Assembly: GCA_045561055.1 (NCBI GenBank)
Contig: JBJKYL010000017.1
Coordinates: 246,518 to 310,517 of the forward strand
DNA: 64,000 bases
From: Candidatus Rariloculaceae bacterium
GTDB lineage: Bacteria > Pseudomonadota > Gammaproteobacteria > Steroidobacterales > Rariloculaceae
Direction of reading: 5' to 3'
A program made the position numbers and the translations under genes. A model generated the notes under the pieces. That model was not told where the DNA came from, searched no databases, and saw only the letters and a program-made list of their open reading frames with translations. Position 1 is the stretch's first letter. Each line of letters begins with the position of its first letter. Of the stretch, positions 60,267 through 64,000 are shown in pieces.

Positions 60267-61812
60267 GCATTTCTGCATTTGTTTTGAGAATAGCAATCTG
60301 ACTCACTCTATCCCCTCGCATAAATGCATCAAAATCCGTATAGAATTTGGCTAACGTCATTCCAAAAAGCGTCTCGAAACCGTTTTTCCAACCGTTACCA
60401 ATATCCGCATTATCTTGTTCCGCGTAAATCTCGTAGTAATCGACAATAATCTTTTTGAAGTTGGCGTCATCTAAGGACCAAAGATACGCTAGAGCTAAGG
60501 CGCCCCCTGTGTATTGGTATGCCTTTTGCCGTGCTACTCCGTTGTTGGGATTTGAGGACGATTCATACAGTTCTCCTTGATATTCATAATCCTTTAAAGA
60601 AACCGTATCTCCATTATTAGCCGCCACTGCAATTACGTTTCTTGCCTCATCTAAGTGGTCTATGAACTGTTTTCTCGCATCTATAGAATTGTCGTACTTC
60701 GTCGCCATCACAAATCCGGCGAAGTCGGCGCCGCCTTCTTCTATCCAGTTTGGAAATACGGTCACAAATTTATTGTGATGCAAGTAGGTCATCTCTTGCT
60801 CTTCCCATCTAACTGGGATTCCAAACCGATTTGTAGCCTCAAAATAGAATTTCATGGAATTTTGGTATACATGATAGAACTCATGCAAAAGTATCCTTAT
60901 GGGAACGCCTATATCACTATGGTCGACCCATACGTTTTGTGGCCAAAACAAATCTCCCCCATTTGGTAGGTGTTTGAACCCAACCCCAGCTGCAGCAGAA
61001 CGATTTCCCCAAGCGTCCTGATTACTAACGCACTCGCTCTGGCTATGTTTTTCCAAGGGCGACCATATCCTGCAGACATCTGCATTTATCTGGTCTAACT
61101 CAGCCTTAGATCCATTTGTTTGATCCATAACGAAGGCATTCATTGGAACAAGTAAACCTAGATTCGTTTTCGCCCATTCTAGAATTTGAACTGTGCGCGT
61201 CTCCCATGAATCATCCAGCAGCGACGTATGGTAGAGGTTTACGCAGATTTCCGGACTAGACTGCCAAAAATATTCATAATAACGATGGTTCGTATCTGAG
61301 CTAACCGGCGTTGGTTTAGTCGTGTAGGTAGGTTGTTTACATACAAACTCACCAATATTCGTAATAGAAATTGTGATGTTTTGAGTGGTCGTGTTGGTAC
61401 CGTCACTGGCTGTTACTGTTGCCGTATATGAATTCTTAGTTTCATAATCCGGCACCGAGACAAACGTTAGAACACCCCCGCCAGAAGTTATCGCTATCTC
61501 AGAACCGGATACACTAAAAATAATCGTTGCGCTATCAGAATCTGTAGCTGTCACGGTACCAATTGCTGCTTGATTCTCAGCGGCACTAAATAATGCCGAT
61601 GATGTGAACACCGGCTTCGCTGGAGTAGGAGTTATAGGAGCGGCAGAAGTCCCACCCCCTCCGCCACCACCACAGCCGGAAAGCACACAAAAAAACGAGA
61701 TGAAAGCCCATTTTTTTTCGGACAAATCGAACAATCGGCTATGGAGACTAAATGGCGTACTGATTGCCGGCAGATCCACATTGGATTTTATTTTCATACT
61801 ATCAATTGTCAT
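60247..61812 (-). CDS. Lipoprotein with cadherin-like domain and HExxH zinc-peptidase-like domain (start may be TTG 61725)
   Basis: LSGC lipobox, G/P linker, AENQ..IGTVTATDSD..PDYETK..Y...VTASDG, LLHEFYHVYQ and WIEEGGA. Confidence 0.8.
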   Translation of the reverse strand: MTIDSMKIKSNVDLPAISTPFSLHSRLFDLSEKKWAFISFFCVLSGCGGGGGGGTSAAPITPTPAKPVFTSSALFSAAENQAAIGTVTATDSDSATIIFSVSGSEIAITSGGGVLTFVSVPDYETKNSYTATVTASDGTNTTTQNITISITNIGEFVCKQPTYTTKPTPVSSDTNHRYYEYFWQSSPEICVNLYHTSLLDDSWETRTVQILEWAKTNLGLLVPMNAFVMDQTNGSKAELDQINADVCRIWSPLEKHSQSECVSNQDAWGNRSAAAGVGFKHLPNGGDLFWPQNVWVDHSDIGVPIRILLHEFYHVYQNSMKFYFEATNRFGIPVRWEEQEMTYLHHNKFVTVFPNWIEEGGADFAGFVMATKYDNSIDARKQFIDHLDEARNVIAVAANNGDTVSLKDYEYQGELYESSSNPNNGVARQKAYQYTGGALALAYLWSLDDANFKKIIVDYYEIYAEQDNADIGNGWKNGFETLFGMTLAKFYTDFDAFMRGDRVSQIAILKTNAEMQGASWQ

Positions 61813-61830
61813 TGGTTAACTAGTTTTAAT

Positions 61831-61871
61831 AAAAAAAAACCGCGAGTAATATACTATTATCTCGCGGTTTT
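61831..61871 (-). terminator. Intrinsic terminator after the membrane-protein gene
   Basis: AAAACCGCGAG/CTCGCGGTTTT stem with T9 on the minus strand. Confidence 0.85.
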
Positions 61872-61913
61872 ATCGGCCAACAGTTAAATTCGTAGCCATT
61901 CGGTTTAAGCGCT

Positions 61914-62249
61914 CTATTCCGTTAAGCGCTCCTTTAAAATCATAGTAATAACCGTAACGGAAGCTGCCGCCAGCAACGCTGTAACTGCTGTGAGGATTGG
62001 GCTAACAATGTTAGCTCCCAGAACTGGAATGGCATCCAAAGCACCGCTCGCCCCACCAGCGCTCAACACCAAAACCATTAGGAAAAGATTCCTTCGGTTC
62101 TCCGCTGAGACGTAATACCCAACCACTAACCCAGCAACTCCCAAGATCAATCCTCCCTGGGCGGCTAAAAATGGCACCGCATCGCTCCCTAAAGCGACAA
62201 GGACGGCAAGAACAGCTCCCACGATTCGAACGATTTTTGATGTACTCAT
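61914..62249 (-). CDS. Small hypothetical membrane protein (about 4 TM helices)
   Basis: AGAGGAG before ATG 62249; hydrophobic throughout. Confidence 0.75.
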   Translation of the reverse strand: MSTSKIVRIVGAVLAVLVALGSDAVPFLAAQGGLILGVAGLVVGYYVSAENRRNLFLMVLVLSAGGASGALDAIPVLGANIVSPILTAVTALLAAASVTVITMILKERLTE

Positions 62250-62577
62250 TGTTTCTCCTCTATTATTTATTTTAAGAATCACGGCTTGAAACAGCATCCC
62301 CTGATAGCTCATTAGCCCCAGGGACACAGAATTAGTGTAACAATGATTCCGTACAAAAATGAATAAATTTGAACTCAATAAAAACAATATTCTATAGCAC
62401 TATTTGAAGTAATTTGCTTAGGTATTGGGCTTGTTTAGGAGTTTTTTGTTACAAAGTTAGGCTCCCCAATGAACAAAAATTCTATCCTACAAACAAATCT
62501 CGTTTCGACGAAAAGGTCTCTTCCATTACATTATTTAGATTCGTTGCCTTAGCCGTTTTCCCGTAGGCTTAGCGTCC

Positions 62578-64000
62578 ATGGCCGCCCTAATCCGTTTTGA
62601 TAACGTTTCGCTAGCTTTCGGTGAACAATCGATACTTAACCGTGCTGATTTGCAAATCGATGCTACTGAGCGCGTTTGTTTAATCGGTAGAAACGGAGCC
62701 GGAAAATCTTCGACACTAAAACTAATTGCCGGCACTCTGGACCCAGATGAGGGAGATATCGATAGACTAACGAATTTAAAAATCTCTGGACTTAACCAGG
62801 TTCTTGCGGAAGGCTCGGAACAAACGGTCCGCAATTTCGTCTCGGACGGCATGCAGGACCATTTTGCGCATATACAGAACTACCAGAAACTCAGTGATAC
62901 CGCCTCACCAAATGCCGCAGTTCTCCGCGAAATGGAAATGCTAGAGGGAGTAATTGAGGCCGGTGGCGGCTGGTCGATTGATACGCAAGTCGACTCTATT
63001 GTTACAGCTCTTGATCTGCCCGGTGATGATCGTATGAATACTTTATCAGGAGGGTGGCGTAGGCGAGTAGCTCTGGCGCAGGCTATGGTATCGCAACCCG
63101 ATTTACTGTTGCTTGATGAACCTACCAATCATCTTGATATCAACACGATCGAGTGGCTTGAGCATGAACTTAGAAATTTTCCGGGTGGAGTACTTTTCGT
63201 AACCCACGATCGTAGCTTTGTTGATCGTATTGCCACTCGGATTGTAGAAATTGACCGAGGAGTACTGCGAAGTTGGCCTGGCGCCTATAGCGACTTCCTT
63301 CGACAGAAACTAAAAGCGGATTTGGAAGAGGACCGTCGCAACGCACTTTTCGATAAAAAACTTGCAGAAGAAGAGATCTGGATCCGGCAAGGTATTAAGG
63401 CCCGTGAAAGCAGAAACGAAGGTCGCGTGCGGGCTCTAGAGGAGATGCGGGAAGAACGTACCGAACGTGTTCCACGCCCACGACACGCACGGATACACAT
63501 AAATGAATCTGCACAACTTTCGGGGCGGAAGGTCATTGAAGTACGGAATGTCTCTCACGCTTACGAGGAAAAAATGATTCTCGATCAATTATCGCTGCGC
63601 GTTATGCGTGGTGAGCGGATCGGTATAATCGGAAACAATGGTGTAGGTAAGACCACCCTACTCCACATTCTTCTAGGCGAACTCAAGCCCAATGCCGGAT
63701 CAGTAAAGCTAGGTACAAATCTCGAGGTTGCATATTTCGATCAATTGCGCCGCGAACTTGACGTGAGCCAAACGGTTGCGGAAATTGTCGGCGACGGCCG
63801 AGACTACATTAATGTTGCTGGAAAGAAGAAGCACGTTGTCGGATATCTTACTGATTTTTTGTTTTCTGCCAAGCGCGCAATGACAAGAGTCTCGGCATTA
63901 TCCGGAGGCGAACGTAACCGAGTCATCCTAGCAAAACTATTTACTCAGCCCGCAAATTTACTCGTGCTCGACGAGCCTACCAACGACCTAGACATTGAAA
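62578..64000 (+). CDS. uup: ABC-F ATPase Uup-like, partial (runs off the window)
   Basis: MAALIRFDNVSLAFG, GRNGAGKSS, LSGGWRRR, LLLDEPTNHLD, WIRQGIKAR, second Walker A GNNGVGKT, LSGGERNR. Confidence 0.92.
   Translation, partial: MAALIRFDNVSLAFGEQSILNRADLQIDATERVCLIGRNGAGKSSTLKLIAGTLDPDEGDIDRLTNLKISGLNQVLAEGSEQTVRNFVSDGMQDHFAHIQNYQKLSDTASPNAAVLREMEMLEGVIEAGGGWSIDTQVDSIVTALDLPGDDRMNTLSGGWRRRVALAQAMVSQPDLLLLDEPTNHLDINTIEWLEHELRNFPGGVLFVTHDRSFVDRIATRIVEIDRGVLRSWPGAYSDFLRQKLKADLEEDRRNALFDKKLAEEEIWIRQGIKARESRNEGRVRALEEMREERTERVPRPRHARIHINESAQLSGRKVIEVRNVSHAYEEKMILDQLSLRVMRGERIGIIGNNGVGKTTLLHILLGELKPNAGSVKLGTNLEVAYFDQLRRELDVSQTVAEIVGDGRDYINVAGKKKHVVGYLTDFLFSAKRAMTRVSALSGGERNRVILAKLFTQPANLLVLDEPTNDLDIE

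Overview
Chromosomal window from an uncultured-looking gammaproteobacterium, mostly core genes near the replication terminus; a near-canonical dif site lies at 60157-60184. Left to right: an accessory cluster of secreted proteins downstream of tRNA-Asn (DUF6152-like His-His proteins and a Cys-pair partner domain, both as separate genes and fused, a Tat-exported molybdoenzyme, an MBL hydrolase and a sulfotransferase remnant); aspC-like aminotransferase, uvrB, tRNA-Val, then infC-rpmI-rplT-pheST-ihfA-merR-tRNA-Pro with thrS missing; ilvD; a fused aspartate kinase/DAP decarboxylase; the ilvC-leuA-ilvE-leuCDB operon; a TonB2/Ttp-type energiser operon; sseA, yceI, orphan dctP and nfeD, alaA; an AddAB-like pair; T2SS gspG-N; fabG-acpP-fabF-mltG-tmk-holB; several peptidases/lipoproteins; partial uup. 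Top leads: (1) an unannotated, probably leaderless Lys-Lys leader peptide with complete protector/antiterminator/terminator architecture upstream of the lysC-lysA fusion, i.e. a candidate ribosome-mediated lysine attenuator; (2) the two-domain His-His/Cys-pair periplasmic system, possibly metal (Cu) binding. All family assignments are from motif recognition by eye, not database searches.
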